Shown here one piece after another: positions 13,336 through 26,195 of a stretch of 57,469 nucleotides of DNA (position 1 is its first letter; each line of letters opens with the position of its first letter). A program made the translations under genes and the position numbers. The DNA comes from Welwitschia mirabilis (lineage: Eukaryota), in NCBI GenBank assembly GCA_051453625.1, contig JBOZIK010000001.1, forward strand, positions 44,178,731 through 44,236,199, read 5' to 3'. Under the pieces are notes generated by a model that was not told the origin of the DNA, ran no database searches, and was given only the letters and a program-made list of their open reading frames with translations.

Positions 13336-15955
13336 TGTTGCACTACCAACTTATGCATATTTCATCGGATATTTTGAGTGGTTTTGCAAGATGTTAAACA
13401 AGTATATGCTTGATTTCCATGATAATAGAGAGTTAAGATAAAAGAGATAAAAAAATGCAATTTCTATGAAATTTTACAACATTAAGAGCAATTCTTAATA
13501 CTTTCCATTTTTGAAACAAACTTCCTATAAAACATTGAGACTAATGCATTAATGAAACATTTGTAAAAACCCATCTTCCACCACATTGTCTAGATGACAG
13601 TACGAATGATAAAAAAGTTGAAGCTAACAAGGATTCTGATTAAGATCAATATGGTAGATGATGTGGATTATTTATGAGGTGGCATCATCTCAAAGATGAT
13701 AAGCCAGATGATACTATTATACCATCTTGCTTGACAATCATCTTGTTAGATTATGTATTACCAATTGATGTCAAATTAATGTTTTTTATGAAGTGTAACT
13801 TATGTATCTTATGCAAATAATATTAATTACTTAGAAGTTAGAAACTGAAGTAAGAAATATCATATTTTGATCATTGAAACTTGTTAAGTTCAATTACCCT
13901 CTTGAGGGATCGAGCAGACTTTCAAGGGATCGACCACGCCTAGAGTGAAGTCTCATAATTATACTAAATTTAGAGGGATCAACCAGACTTCTGGGGATCG
14001 ACTGAACATGTGAACTTAAGAACTAGTGCTCTTGAATAAATTATCAAGAAGTTAACCAGACCTATAAGAAGTTGACTAAACTTAGGCACTATGCACCTGA
14101 TATCCCTGAGCCGATTATTAAGAAGTCAACTAGAAACTTGAGGGTCGACTAAACCTAATGTAGAAAACTAAAATGGATTGTTTAAGCATGAGTGGATGAC
14201 TACATAAATATGTAAATGACTAGATAAGCAGTTAACTAGACCCTGAGGGGTCGACCAAATATGGAGTTGTAAGAAAGTGGGACAATCAAATAGTTTAATC
14301 GGGTGACTTGTTTAAGTCACGACATCAGGAGAGGTCAACTAGACATTTGAGGGATTGAATAGATGGAATAAAAATAGAAACCTTTATCCATTATGTATCT
14401 ATTATGTGGTCATTTTCTAGACGTTGGAAGTGTATTTTTAATTGTAATAAACCCTAAAAGACTTCCATTATGAATAGCCCAAGAGAAAAATCAGTAAAAG
14501 CACTTTTTGACCTTTTGCCAAATTATTGAAACTTGTGATTTCTCATTGTACTATCTTGGAATTGCATTCCTAACCAAGGACGAGCCAACATCTATTGTAT
14601 CTTTGCATACAAGATCAAATCTTATATTTCATTATTTGTAGTTTGTATCTTTCATAAGAGAAGAGCTTCATTACTATCATTGAGCCAAAGAATGAGTGAT
14701 ATTAATGTTCTTGGGCATTTTATCATCACTACCACATCCTATAAAAGGTTAAGACATAACCTGTAAAATTCGGCTTGAAAAGTTAAAATTTAGATTGCAA
14801 AAGCCCATTTGAAAATATTGAGATTTATCCTGCAAAAATTTAGTTAAAAAGTTAAGACTTATCCTATAAAAGTCCATGTGTTAAGATTATAGGTAAGCCT
14901 ATAATACCTAAAAGAGTTCAATAAGATCTGAATCAAGCTTGCTGATAAGCTGATTATCAAGAGTAAATTATGAGAGTTTCCTAAACTATTATAAAACTTG
15001 CATGCATTTGATCAGTATTTTTAGGCTTTTTATTGTTTTCATTTTTCTGAGTACTTTCAATTTTTATGCAAAAGTTTTCTAGTGATCTATTTCAAGTAAG
15101 TTTTTATTGTGAGTTTATTTGAATATTTTAAGAACCTATTCACCCCCTCTAGGGTTCTCAATCCCCATACATCTAACTTCTATCACTTATTTGTCTATTT
15201 CTTTTAGCATGGTGGTTAGGATTTTACCTATGCCTGTTTGTCTATTTTATTATGTATTTTGTATTAATAAATATTGATCCCACCCTCAACTCCTGCTTAT
15301 CTTTGTTTGCACTATAAATTCTTATGATAGAAGATCAACGGGCTAGAGGTCCATCCGACAATTATAGAGAGGGGTCTTCCTTGTTATTGGACTATGTCTC
15401 CTTTAGTGAGGTACTATTACTTTGTAACAGGATATTGGCTTGACTCTTAATGAAAATATTCTTTTAGTTTTTATGTGCTTCTCCCATATGGTTTATGTTA
15501 CTTCTGATTTCATGATAGATTCTTTAGTGATATAGATTATCAGGATAACCTTTCTTAAGGTTGAAATTTTTAGTTTAGAATCTTGTAGTGCATTTTTTAT
15601 TTATAGATTAAATCATTACATGTTTTCATATTCTATTTAATGCATTTGATAGTTTAGGTTGGTTTTAGTTACTGGTAGTTTTCTTGATTGATCTAGGTAA
15701 TGTAGGGCCAAATGTAATGATAGAGATTTAAAATAATGTATCTAGGATAGTTTGCATTTACATTTGCATTGTGTATTTACTTTTCTTGCATTGTTGATTT
15801 GCACTTTTGAACCTTTATTTTGTGAAAAGTAATCCTCTAGATTCAAGCCTAGTACCTTCAATGGATTATGTCATTTGGGCCTACTCCCATTTATATTAGT
15901 GTGTTATGTTTGTGAAAATATTTGTGATTGACAAGATTCAATTAAGGACATAACA
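13336..15955 (+). repeat. G1 3' LTR (~1.19 kb once S1 is removed)
   Basis: TGTTGCACTACCAACTT start is homologous to 54667 onward over ~350 bp. Ends ...GGACATAACA, after which T1 protease sequence begins. Confidence 0.78.
13744..15169 (+). mobile_element. S1: Sirevirus (Ty1/copia SIRE) solo LTR
   Basis: Starts TGTTAGA and ends ACCTATTCACCCCCTCTAGG...ATCCCCATA (C-rich Sirevirus LTR end). Perfect 5-bp TSD CATCT at 13739-13743 and 15170-15174. Homologous to the reverse complement of the LTRs of C. No PBS or PPT adjacent. Confidence 0.9.
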
Positions 15956-18356
15956 TTGCATAAGGGACTCAGTATCTCTAACTTNNNNNNNNNNCTCAAC
16001 TATTAAGGTAATTATTCCCTTAGATTTATCTTCATGATCATGAAAACATCTAATTGTTACACTCCTTTTTAAATCTAGTAGATGTTGTATATGATGATAT
16101 AATGACATTCAGTTCAGCCCCACAGTCGACAAAAGCCCTAGCTACTTTAGTATTTCTGATGTTTACTAAAATATAAGGTGGCTCAGAGATGATGGTTTTT
16201 TGAGAATTAGATAAAGTTTATTTAAGATAGAATTAAATGACTTCATGATCTTCATTTTTTTTATGAACATCTACTTGGTTTAAAGTAGGTTTTTGTTTTG
16301 AAGGTGTTCTTAATGTTAAGCATTCTTTGCATAGTATTGCAAGGGCTTACTTATGAGGCTCAAAGTTTTTGATTAATGAAGAGAGATAATGATATGATTT
16401 CTATACTTTAGAGGCATGTGATTATGAATTTATATTAGATTGAGAAGTAGGTTGAGTTTGAGCATCTTCCATTTAGATTAACTGCTCTAGTTTTCATTTA
16501 TTTTCTTAAATTATTTATTCTAAAGATTTTATTGATTGATTTTGGATTATCTAAATTTTGTAAGAGGTATTGTCATCTTGAAGTACCAGATTTTGTGGTG
16601 TTTGTGATGTAGAAGCTTGCATTGGAAAAAGATTTTTTGTAAATCTCAAATAGTTCATTTACAGTTTCAAGGATTGTATCAAACTTGGTATGCCTTTTGT
16701 TTTCAATGATGTCTTGGATGATATATTTCAAAGTAAAGCAATTTTTAGTGTTATGTCCCTTGATCTTATGATATTTATAGTATTTTGGTTCATCAAAAGT
16801 CTTAGGTTTTGATGCATTTAGATCTTTTTCTCATATTAGAGGTAGTTAGATTGCCCTATTTTGTATTAGAATTGAAAGGATTTATGCCAACGATATATCT
16901 AACCTTATGAAATTTCTCTTATGTCTTTGAGGTAAATTTTGGTTTTGGAACTGATTTGGGTTCTAGTTTTATGTTATATAAGTTTGTTGCTGAGTTTGAT
17001 ACTATTGTTGAGGTGTTTGTAGTCAATATAGACTTTGTGCTCATTATAGGTTTTGTAGTTGTTGAGGAGGTAAGTAATAAGGTTGTTGCATAATTAGTTG
17101 AAATGAAAAGACATGTGGAGGAAACGAAAGTTGAGGTTGCATTTATTGCATGATTATACTAGTCATTAGTTAAGGTGGATAACTTTGTTAAGAAGAATAA
17201 GTCAGTTGGAAAGGTTTATCAACTACAACAACATTCTTTGGATTATTCACTTTGTTGTTGTTATTATTCTCTTTTCTTGCTCATTTTTCTTGTAAAGTAT
17301 TACCATATTTAATGATGCCATTTTATCTATCTACAACTTTAATTCTTTTTGCTAGTATAACAACTTATTCAAATGTCTCAAGTGATTACATTCTGAAATA
17401 TTTAGAAACATATGGAATGCATGAATTGGCAAAGAGATATGCCATATCAGAGCTTGTAATAGATATTTTTAACTACAAAGTAGTAACTCTCCATCATCAT
17501 ACATAATATTATATAGTTTTATTGAATTATTGTTTCATTGTTGTCAAGGAGTCTAAGGTCATTTATTTTAAGATATTAATAGAATAATGTTGAATAAACA
17601 TCTCGAATAGTTGTTTTAAACTTGTGATAGAATGAGTTAGTAGGCGATGGTATCCTTTAAGGGCTTGTCATTTAAAAGATAGACAAAATAGATGACACAC
17701 TGTATTTCATTCTATGTTATACATATGATAAGAGTGTCTAAAATTTATTACATGGATAACAAGATCTTTCACACCTATAAATTTTTTAAAGTTAGGAATT
17801 TTACTAAGAGAGATAATTTTGTGAGAGATAAAAGGGTGGATTAATGTGTTATTAAAGTCTATTTCAAGGTAATTCTTCTTATTTTGAAGGCCTTATTTAA
17901 TATCATTGATAATCTCCCAAAGCATGTTAAACTCAAGTGATTGAATTTAAGGTTTATTATCCCTAGGTTATTGAGTCTATGATGGTTCCTCATCATTTAT
18001 AGGAAATTCAAATAACTATTATCATTGTAATCTTTATTTGGAATTTTTAATTCAATTTTTTGTAATGTTTTAGGTTGTTTTCATGAACCCATTTATTTAC
18101 GAATTCTTTTTCATCATATTTCTAAGCAAAAGGATCCTAAAAAAATTTTGTATTTATTGTCTAGTAGTACTAGCTTTCTAGTAGCTAAAGATCATATCAT
18201 TTTAGTGGGATAGATTAGTTAGCCTTCCCAATAACTCCTATAATCATTCATGGCACAAAGTTGATCAGGGATAAAAGTTGAAGGATGTTGTTGGATGAGT
18301 GTCTTGTACTCATTTTAAAAAATGCATGCTTTTTCCCCTTGAGTTGATATTGGCAT
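15956..18356 (-). pseudogene. T1 gag-protease pseudogene
   Basis: Minus-strand translation gives MPISTQG at the start (18356); gag IPNFKKFIGVKDLVIHV...VCHLFCLSFK*QALKGYHRLLTHSITSLKQLFEMFIQHY (~17585-17800); knuckle KYYKYHKIKGHNTKNCFTLK (~16730-16790); protease RAFVDCGAELNVI (~16100-16140). Confidence 0.85.
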
Positions 18357-18460
18357 TATGGCTATTATAGAGCATGAAAAGTTGGTAGGAAAAGGTAAAG
18401 AATAAAATAAATATGATTGATTAAAAAATCGATAAAGAAAATGATGAGGTACCTACACAA

Positions 18461-18481
18461 GGGACGCTCCTTCTAGTACCA
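18461..18481 (-). other. T1 primer-binding site (tRNA identity not determined)
   Basis: TGGTACTAGAAGGAGCGTCCC resembles the TGGCGCTAGAAGGAGGG-type PBS I recall from Tat-clade elements; it lies 4 nt from a putative LTR end. Confidence 0.6.
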
Positions 18482-19129
18482 AAACTATTGTGATTATATT
18501 TTTTATAATGTTATGTTGATTATGGGTTTGTTATATGATGCCCAATTAAAACTAAATAGTATGAGAATTTTTCTTTAAATTTTATGGAAATCTAAATTTC
18601 TCTAAAATTTTATCCACTTAATACAAAACAAAAACATAATAAAACCACTATAAATTAATAATTTTATAATAAATAAAATAAATTTAAAAAAGGCCTAACT
18701 ATAAATAATATTTTTTATTTAATAATATTTTAAATGCTATGATTAATTCTCTAAATATTTTCTCATTTTTAGCACATCTGACACATAGGAAAACATGAGC
18801 ATTTAAAGGCTCAAAAGTTAAAAATGTCAGATATTTAAGTGACTATATGACAATTGTTAATTCAAAAAGTATTGCTAGAGATGGTATTTTTAGGAAGTAA
18901 ATTACACAATTTTTTTTGAAAATAATTAAAATATATAGGTACATTTATAGTATAAAAATAAAAAATAAAAAAAAAATATAGATGCAACGAGTCTCAAAAT
19001 TCAACCAATTCAAAATTATAAAATGAGTAAGACAAAGATGGATTTCGAATTAATGATCATGATTATTTATAACTATGAAAAGACAAGGAAAGAACTTGAA
19101 TGTACAATGCTGATGATGTGCTTATTATT

Positions 19130-20000
19130 TATAATTTCACCTTCCTCTAATTAGATCTTTGATGTTTCTATGTTTTCTTGTAAGCTCCCTTTTTTGCTAT
19201 GATATCTTATGATGTACCTATGATCGAATTGCTTTTCACTGATATCCTCCACCGTCGTCGTTCGTTTCTAATTAGCTCTTCTTCTCCATATGATAAATGC
19301 CATTTCCTTTTTGTTATAGATACATTACTATGGAAATGCTTTTCTACACTATGTTCTTATTGGTTTATAATTAAATCATAGCTTTTCTACCCTTTATTTG
19401 TGCCTTAGCATCTCTTTTTGCTCTATCTCTACCATGTCCCTTCTTAATCTGTCTCTGCCTTATGGCACTGTTCCTTTGTGGTTTTGCTTTTTCTCTCTTC
19501 TAGCCATGACCTTACATTCCTTTTTTTTGATGTAATTAATCCTTCTATTTTTCTATAGACATCTCTTGCCTTAGTTTTATAGTCTCTCTATTTTTATTTT
19601 TCTTGATTACCTCCACTGGATCACTGTGTTTTTAACAAAAATGCCCTTCTTATTATGCTTCCTTCTCTGTCAATCTTTGACCTTCTTATTTTTTTCCTAT
19701 TCTACTATCATCTTACTCTATCAAGATCTCTACTGTGAGTATATCATTCATGGGTAGAACCATGTGTAGCGGCATCTCATAGTTTAACACCTTAGCTAAT
19801 ATTTTCTTTAATGACATCTTTCATTTCTTCTTCTTGTGCTGTGAGTACATCGTTCATCGATAGAACCATGTGTAGCAGCATCTCATACTTTAACACCATA
19901 GACAATATTTTCTTTGATGACATCTTTTATTTCTTCTTTTTATGCAATGAATCTGACTCCATGAATACCATTGAGGAGCCTTAGTTAACATGTGATGTTT
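19130..20000 (-). pseudogene. Decayed Arg/Asp/Lys-rich low-complexity coding relic, origin unknown
   Basis: Purine-rich minus strand translating to HSRDLDRVR..RRSKIDREG, KKGHGRDRAKRDAK, RNERRRW and LEEGEI (19133-19150); stops and frameshifts throughout. Confidence 0.4.
19744..19951. repeat. Two-copy tandem duplication, ~105-bp unit
   Basis: TAGAACCATGTGTAGC(G/A)GCATCTCATA...AATATTTTCTTT(A/G)ATGACATCTTT occurs at ~19756 and ~19861. Confidence 0.9.
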
Positions 20001-20104
20001 CTATTACTTTATCTCAAAAGTCAGTGTGAAAAACTGATAACTATGGATAAGGAAGAAATACCCATAAAGACACAGCGTTCAAACTGTTTTTTTAATGAGG
20101 CACC

Positions 20105-21402
20105 TGATGCGTGAAATACTAAACATCATTCTAGGAGTTATCATTCATTGGGTGCAACATTGAAGAATGGCTCTAACAATTGTAAGGCTTCAAGGAAAAG
20201 AAGAGGTATAAAATTAATAGGTCATCTTGCATATGTTTCTTGTAAGAAGGAATATTTAAAGGCAAAACATGATTAAATCAAGAGCACACCATATGAAGAC
20301 GCTAATAAAGATTCAATGATTGATATGCAAAACAATGAAGAGAAGAAAAGCTCTAAAAGGCTCAAGAAAGAAAATGACAATAGCTAATCTATTAATAGAT
20401 CAAATACTATGAAGGAAATAATTACAGTTTAAGATTTCTTGAGGCAAAGTCATCCTAAGATGAACAAATTTGCCAGTGAATTTAGAGAGGATAAAAAAAA
20501 AAGACATCCAATATTGATGCTTAAAATGTTGAGAAGAATGATTTAGTAAAAAAGTTTTTAGCATGCATGGATGTTTTCGTAGGTGATGATCATTCTGGAA
20601 TTGGTAATTCTTCAATTACTAATCAACTTAAAAAGGATAAAATATTACAACAAAAAAGGTAAAGATTACTAAGACACTTTGCAAAATATATACTATAAAG
20701 ACCCCATCTTGAACAAAAAGCTTTGGCAATCATATATGGCTTTCCCTATCAATTTTTTTATTTGAGAAAAAGGTGTTGAATCTAAATTTCCATGATAAGG
20801 CTATCATGTATCATTAAATTTTTGATCAATTGGTGCTTTCATTAAATAATATAGGGGATTTAAGATGAAACCTATATTTAAGCAAAAAGATGAAGAATAA
20901 GAGGCACTGTATCAACCATTAATATCAAATGAAGTTTCAGAGTAAGTCTGTTAATCTGTTATCTTAACTCAAACAAAAGAAATTGATAATAAATCAAACA
21001 TAAAGTAGGAAAAAGTAAATACTAAAACTTATCGATGTCATCCCTCCTCATCAATTATATCTTTGAAGAGTAATGAGACACCAAAAGTAAAGCATCTAAA
21101 AGAGAATATTAAAATTAATCAGTATCATTGTTCCTTATCAAGTTGATCCTTTAAGATTGATGATAGATCAGAAGTGAAGCATGAAATTCATTCCTATCCC
21201 TTAGATGTGTCATTTGACTTTTTTTGGGGTCAAAAGAGATAATCTTCAAGAAGGCTTGTATAAAGAGCAACAAAAGCTATGAATTCCTATAAAGAAATAC
21301 TAATAAATATAAAAATGAGAAGATATCATTGAACCAATCAATTTTAGCATAACTCTTGATGTAAAGACTATTGTTTGATATAGGAGTTACTAGATAGCAT
21401 CA
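20105..21402 (-). repeat. H 3' LTR
   Basis: Terminal inverted repeat TGATGC (20105)...GCATCA (21397-21402), directly adjacent to a PPT (rc ATTAAAGGGGATG, 21403-21415) that follows the integrase end. No partner LTR in the window. Confidence 0.72.
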
Positions 21403-21489
21403 CATCCCCTTTAATGCCCTAAACTAATAGCAGATCAAAAAATAGCTCATGATAATCTAAAGTGTCAAACGTCTATAATAGTAATACAT

Positions 21490-24400
21490 ATTCTTCATCA
21501 TTATGATGATGTTAATTCTTTTGGAAACATAAATGATTTCTTTTTAAAACTTTAAAAAAGGGTGCAAAGATATAAAATTTTCTTATTACAGCCATAGACA
21601 ATTTTATTCTTATTTTTGTTTTAAATAGATCTTCTTAGGATCATAAATTAGTACGGAATCTTCTATATTAAAATTGATTTTTCTAATTTTAGTATCAAAA
21701 TATATTTTAGTTTTTTGTTGTACAAATTCTCTATACAAAAGAGTTTCTTTTTTGTTTTATCTAAAATATTCATGTTTTTTATCCATTCTTCTTAAGCTAT
21801 GTCCAAATTACATTTTAGTCTTCTAGCTAATTTAAAGGTTTTCATTCTAAATTTGATTAGCAAAATAGCTCTTTTTCCATAGACTAATTCATATAGTGTA
21901 AACACTGTTCTATGTTTCCAAGTCATTCTATAAGTCTAAAAACCTTCATTTAATTTTTCATCCCAATTTGTTTTTTTATTATTTATGAATTTTTTAATAT
22001 TATATTAATTTCTCTATTAGTCACTTCAGCTTGATCATTAGATTGAGGATGATAGGAAGTAGAGAGTTTGTGATGGATTCCATACTTAGTTAATAGTTTT
22101 CTGAAAATTTCACTAGTAAAATACATTCCTTTGTCAAACATATGACTTCAAGGGGATCCAAACCAATAGATAATGCTCCTAATGAAAAAGTTAACTATGG
22201 TTTGGAAAGAATAGTATGATACAACCTCAGCCTCATTCCACTTAGTGAAGTAATTAATGTAGATCAGAATATATTTTTTTCTATAGGAGGAAGGGTCAAT
22301 AAGTTAAAAAAAACTATTTTCCATATCAAATTATTTAATTAATTAAATTCATTATTATGGCATTTCTAATTTTTGATTAAATGATCTTTCTCTTTGACAC
22401 TTATCACAACTCTAGACATAAGCATTTAAATCTCTAAAAATTATGGGCAAGTAATATCCCATGTAAAGAATGCTTATCCCTATTCGTCTTACACCATGAT
22501 GTCCTCATCCTTCTCCCCCATGAGCTTCTTTCAGAATTTCTTTTTGTGAGTTTTCTTCTACACATATTCTAATAACATGATCTTTACATCTTTTAAATAA
22601 CATCTTATCATGTCATATGTAGTCTCTAAATTCTTTTAAAAATCTTTTTATTCTATAATAATTCATAAAAAATGGTAATTTCTTACTTATTATAAAATTT
22701 TCTATGTCAGCATATCATAGATTATTTTTTACTTGATAAACATGTTCATTTAGAAATTCATCTCTTATGTTTATTTTCTCTTCATTAGAAAACTATAATC
22801 TTAAGAGATGATTTGTTACTACATTTGCTATCCCTCTTCTGTCAATAATTTCTAAGTCAAATTCTTGAATTAGTAATATCCATCTCATAATTCTTGAAAT
22901 AGCATCTTTTTTATTCATCAAAAGTCTAATAGCACTATAGTCTATATGAACTTTCACTTTGTAACATAGAATATAATGTCTGAATTTTTCTAATGCCATT
23001 ACTACTACTAACTACTATTTCTCAGTCACAGTGTAATTTTGTTGAGTTGGTTTAAAGTTCTTATTAATATAAGAAATAGCATATGAATTAATGTTTTCAT
23101 CTTTTTAGCCCAAAAAAGCTCCCATAGCATGACTAAAGATGTCAGTCATAATATGGAATGGTCTTATCCAATTACATTCTATAAATTCCTTATTCAATTA
23201 AGTCCTATAAAGTAGGTGCTGATTAAAGTTTATCTTTTAAAGTTTGGTAGGAACCTTAACATTTATTAGTCCAACTATATTTTACATCCTTCTAAAAAAG
23301 GTTACTTAAAGGTTTAGCAATTTTATTAAAGTTAGATAAAAATATTTTATAATATCCAACATTCTCTAAGAAAGATCTCAATTCTTTTAGTTTGGTTATG
23401 GGTAAAATGTTTTTTATGTCTTTAACTTTTTGTTCATAAATTCAATGACTTTTTGGGATATTTTAAGTCCTAAAAGTATTCCTTCTATTACCATAAGGTG
23501 AATTTTCAACCCATTAAATTTTAGGTGTTTTTCTTTATACCTTTCTAAGGATCTTTTCAATTTGTTAAATGATTCATTAATATCATTTTCAAAAGGTTAG
23601 AAATCATTCATAAACACTTCAATATATCTTCCTATCATATCTTTAAAAATAGTATTTACTATCCTCTAGAAGTTAGCAAGGGCATTACATAATTCAAATG
23701 GTAATATTTTATAGGCATAAGTACCCCAATGATAAGTAAATGTTATTTTGGATTGATCCTCTAAACCTATTGTAACTTGATTACATCTTCTATATCCATC
23801 AATAAAGCTATAGTATTAATGTCCAGATATTCTTTCTAAAACTTGAACTATAAATGTAAGAGAAAACTAATCTTTATAAGTTGGTATATTCAACATTCAA
23901 AAATCTATACATACTCTTCATTTATTTTCCTTCTTTGGTACCATTGTAATAGAACTACCCCATTTTGAATTGGATATGGGATAGATGAATCCAAAATCAA
24001 AAAGTTTAATAATTTCCTATTTAATTATTTCTTACATATGTGAATTGCATCTTCTTTCTATCTACCTATTAAGTATCCAAATAAATTTATGTTAACATAT
24101 TTTTGGATCTATTCCCTCAATATATGTATGATCTGAGGAAAAAACTCCTCATCTTCTAATTAGCATTATTTTAATCTTCCTCTTTTGAGAATGAGTTAAA
24201 GAATTATTTATAATTAAAGGTCTATTTAAAGATACTTCAATATACTCTGATCCCTTCTTAAGTGAAGGATTTTCATTTCTTAAGATGTCAAACTTTATCC
24301 TTCAGACTTTTCTTCATTTTTCTTGTTTGACATCATACTAACTTCTTATATCATAATTGCATTGGTTCTATCTTCTGTATTATGTGCCATCTCCTTTACA

Positions 24401-24878
24401 ACCACTATATTAGATAACTTGATCTCCTTTTTAATATTTCCTAGACTAATTTCCATTACCCTCTCTTAGAATAAATAGTTGCATCTACAGTAGCCATTCA
24501 AGTCTTCTTAAAATTATTACATGGGTATCTCCCTAAGTTTTCATTACTAAGAAATCTATCAAGCAGATAAAGATCTAAAGTTTGTTGGATATATCTATTA
24601 GAACTCCGTCTAGTGTTACTACTGAATCATCTGCCAGGTGTACTTCTTCTTGATAAGGTATCAATTCTGGCTTTTCCAATTCTTCATAAGTCTCATGTAT
24701 TATCACATTAATACTTTATCTTAGATCCAAAAGTACTTCTATTTGAGCTTTTCATATATTTTTATATCTATCATAGGTGTTTTTGGATCACTATACTTTT
24801 CATGTATTTATTTTAAAGAATATGGGTAAAAGCCCAAGAAACTTAATCTTTTCTAACCATCTCAATTTGTTTTCCTTC
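21490..24878 (-). pseudogene. H pol pseudogene (PR-RT-RH-INT)
   Basis: Protease LLDLR*SINV (~24705-24740); RT IEVFMNDF (~23600-23625); RNase H ORF 22793-22999 ALEKFRHYILCYKV...RWILLIQEFDLEI; integrase STSYHPQSNDQAEVTNREI (~22010-22065). Confidence 0.92.
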
Positions 24879-26195
24879 TGTTGAGAACTTATTATCATTG
24901 ATTAATTTAATAAGTTTTTGTAGTTAGTCCATTATGTAGAGATTCCCCAACACTAAGCAATCGACTCCTAAGATCAGATGATCAACTTGTTAAAGAACTA
25001 TGATACTACTTAAGAATAGGGTGACCACACATAGAACATCGGGCAACCACACGTAGAACATCGGGCGACTGGACTAATGCAGATTAAGAAAATGATCAGT
25101 TGCAGAATAGATGATTGAGTGCATCATATCAAGCGACTGATCTGACACATTAGGAAGAAGACCGGTTCAATAATGGGTGACTGAAAATTCATATTCAGGA
25201 ATCCATTTAAGCTTTGTGTAAGAACAGGGGCAAAGATGGGCAATTGCTAAATGGACACGGGTGACCGCATTATAATTTATAAAATTCAGCCTGATGACAG
25301 AAAGAGTGACTGACTAATTTAGACAAGTAATCATACTACAATTAGTAAAGCCTAAATCTGGTAAATGCAAGAAGATCGAAGGACGTAATTATGGACGATC
25401 GTATTTTGCCCAAAATCTATGCTCACAAGGTCAACCAGGTAATAAATATTAGAGAGACTGAGTAAAGGTCGACCACATATAAATATAAGGATGATCGTAT
25501 ATGTACCTATTCTATACTGAGAAATATGTAACAAACAAGGGTGACCAAATATTAAGAATAAGGATGACTGCATATTTGGACAACTAAGTACTATATCAAG
25601 GTCGATCGTACGAAGTAAAAATATAACTATTATTTTTTCAATAATTTATCAAAAAGAGCGTAATGGTTTAATAAAAGCATAATGGTTTGCTTTATACTTA
25701 TTAAATGGTTACCTTATGCATCTCTAGTATTTAAGCTCTCTTTTAATCAAAAGAAATAGAAGCTTTCTTGTTAGATCAAAGATTAAAAAAGAATAACTAT
25801 CATACTCTTTTAGCATTGTGAGCTAATTTCAATTTTAGATTTCTAATTGAATCTATCATTGCACCTACTTAGAAGAAGAGATTGTTATACCTCTGAGAGA
25901 AAATCCATGCATCTGTACATTCTTCTTTCTTTCATTTATTTGTGGTTGAGATCAACCATAAAATCCTTTAATGTTATGAAAGGTTATTTGATGAGCCTAA
26001 AAACCATTATTAAAAGCTAATATATGCTAGCTAAGGACAAGGAGTCTAAGAAGCTGAATGGTGGTGTTTATCCATCATTAAATATCTTGCTTTTGTATTG
26101 AATATCTACTTATTTTATTTATAGGCTGTGAAAAACAAGGAAATTAATTTTCAAAGACCTATTCACCCCCCTCTAGGGTCAATCCTCTACTTTCA
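24879..26195 (+). repeat. A 5' LTR
   Basis: TGTTGAGAA...ACCTATTCACCCCCCTCTAGG...CTACTTTCA; collinear with 33360-35069 (about 23 differences in the first ~140 bp by hand count, mostly transitions). Confidence 0.95.

Larger units (their letters stand above)
3794..15955 (+). mobile_element. G1: Ty3/gypsy Athila-like LTR retrotransposon with env-like ORF (5' LTR not seen; left boundary is an N gap)
   Basis: Domain order gag-PR-RT-RH-INT (gypsy), then a long spacer, an extra ORF, a PPT (13323-13332) and an LTR starting TGTTG at 13336 and ending TAACA at 15955. The 5' UTR and gag are homologous to 56650-57469. Confidence 0.88.
15956..18910 (-). mobile_element. T1: 5' part of a Tat-clade (Ogre/Retand-like) Ty3/gypsy element; upper boundary approximate
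   Basis: PBS-like TGGTACTAGAAGGAGCG (rc of ~18465-18481) next to a putative LTR end at 18486, followed by gag and protease relics. Truncated at 15956 by G1. Confidence 0.75.

Noticed and set aside
13905..14360. Spaced short palindromic repeats resembling a CRISPR array
   Set aside because: Degenerate, irregularly spaced, inside a Sirevirus LTR, with no cas genes and in a eukaryotic context.
20690..20730. Alternative PPT for H (rc AAGATGGGGTC)
   Set aside because: Not followed by TG; 21403-21415 fits better, with the TGATGC/GCATCA termini.
25352..25573. Similar short ORFs at 25352-25573 and 33774-33995
   Set aside because: Antisense frames in the two LTRs of A; the similarity just reflects LTR identity.
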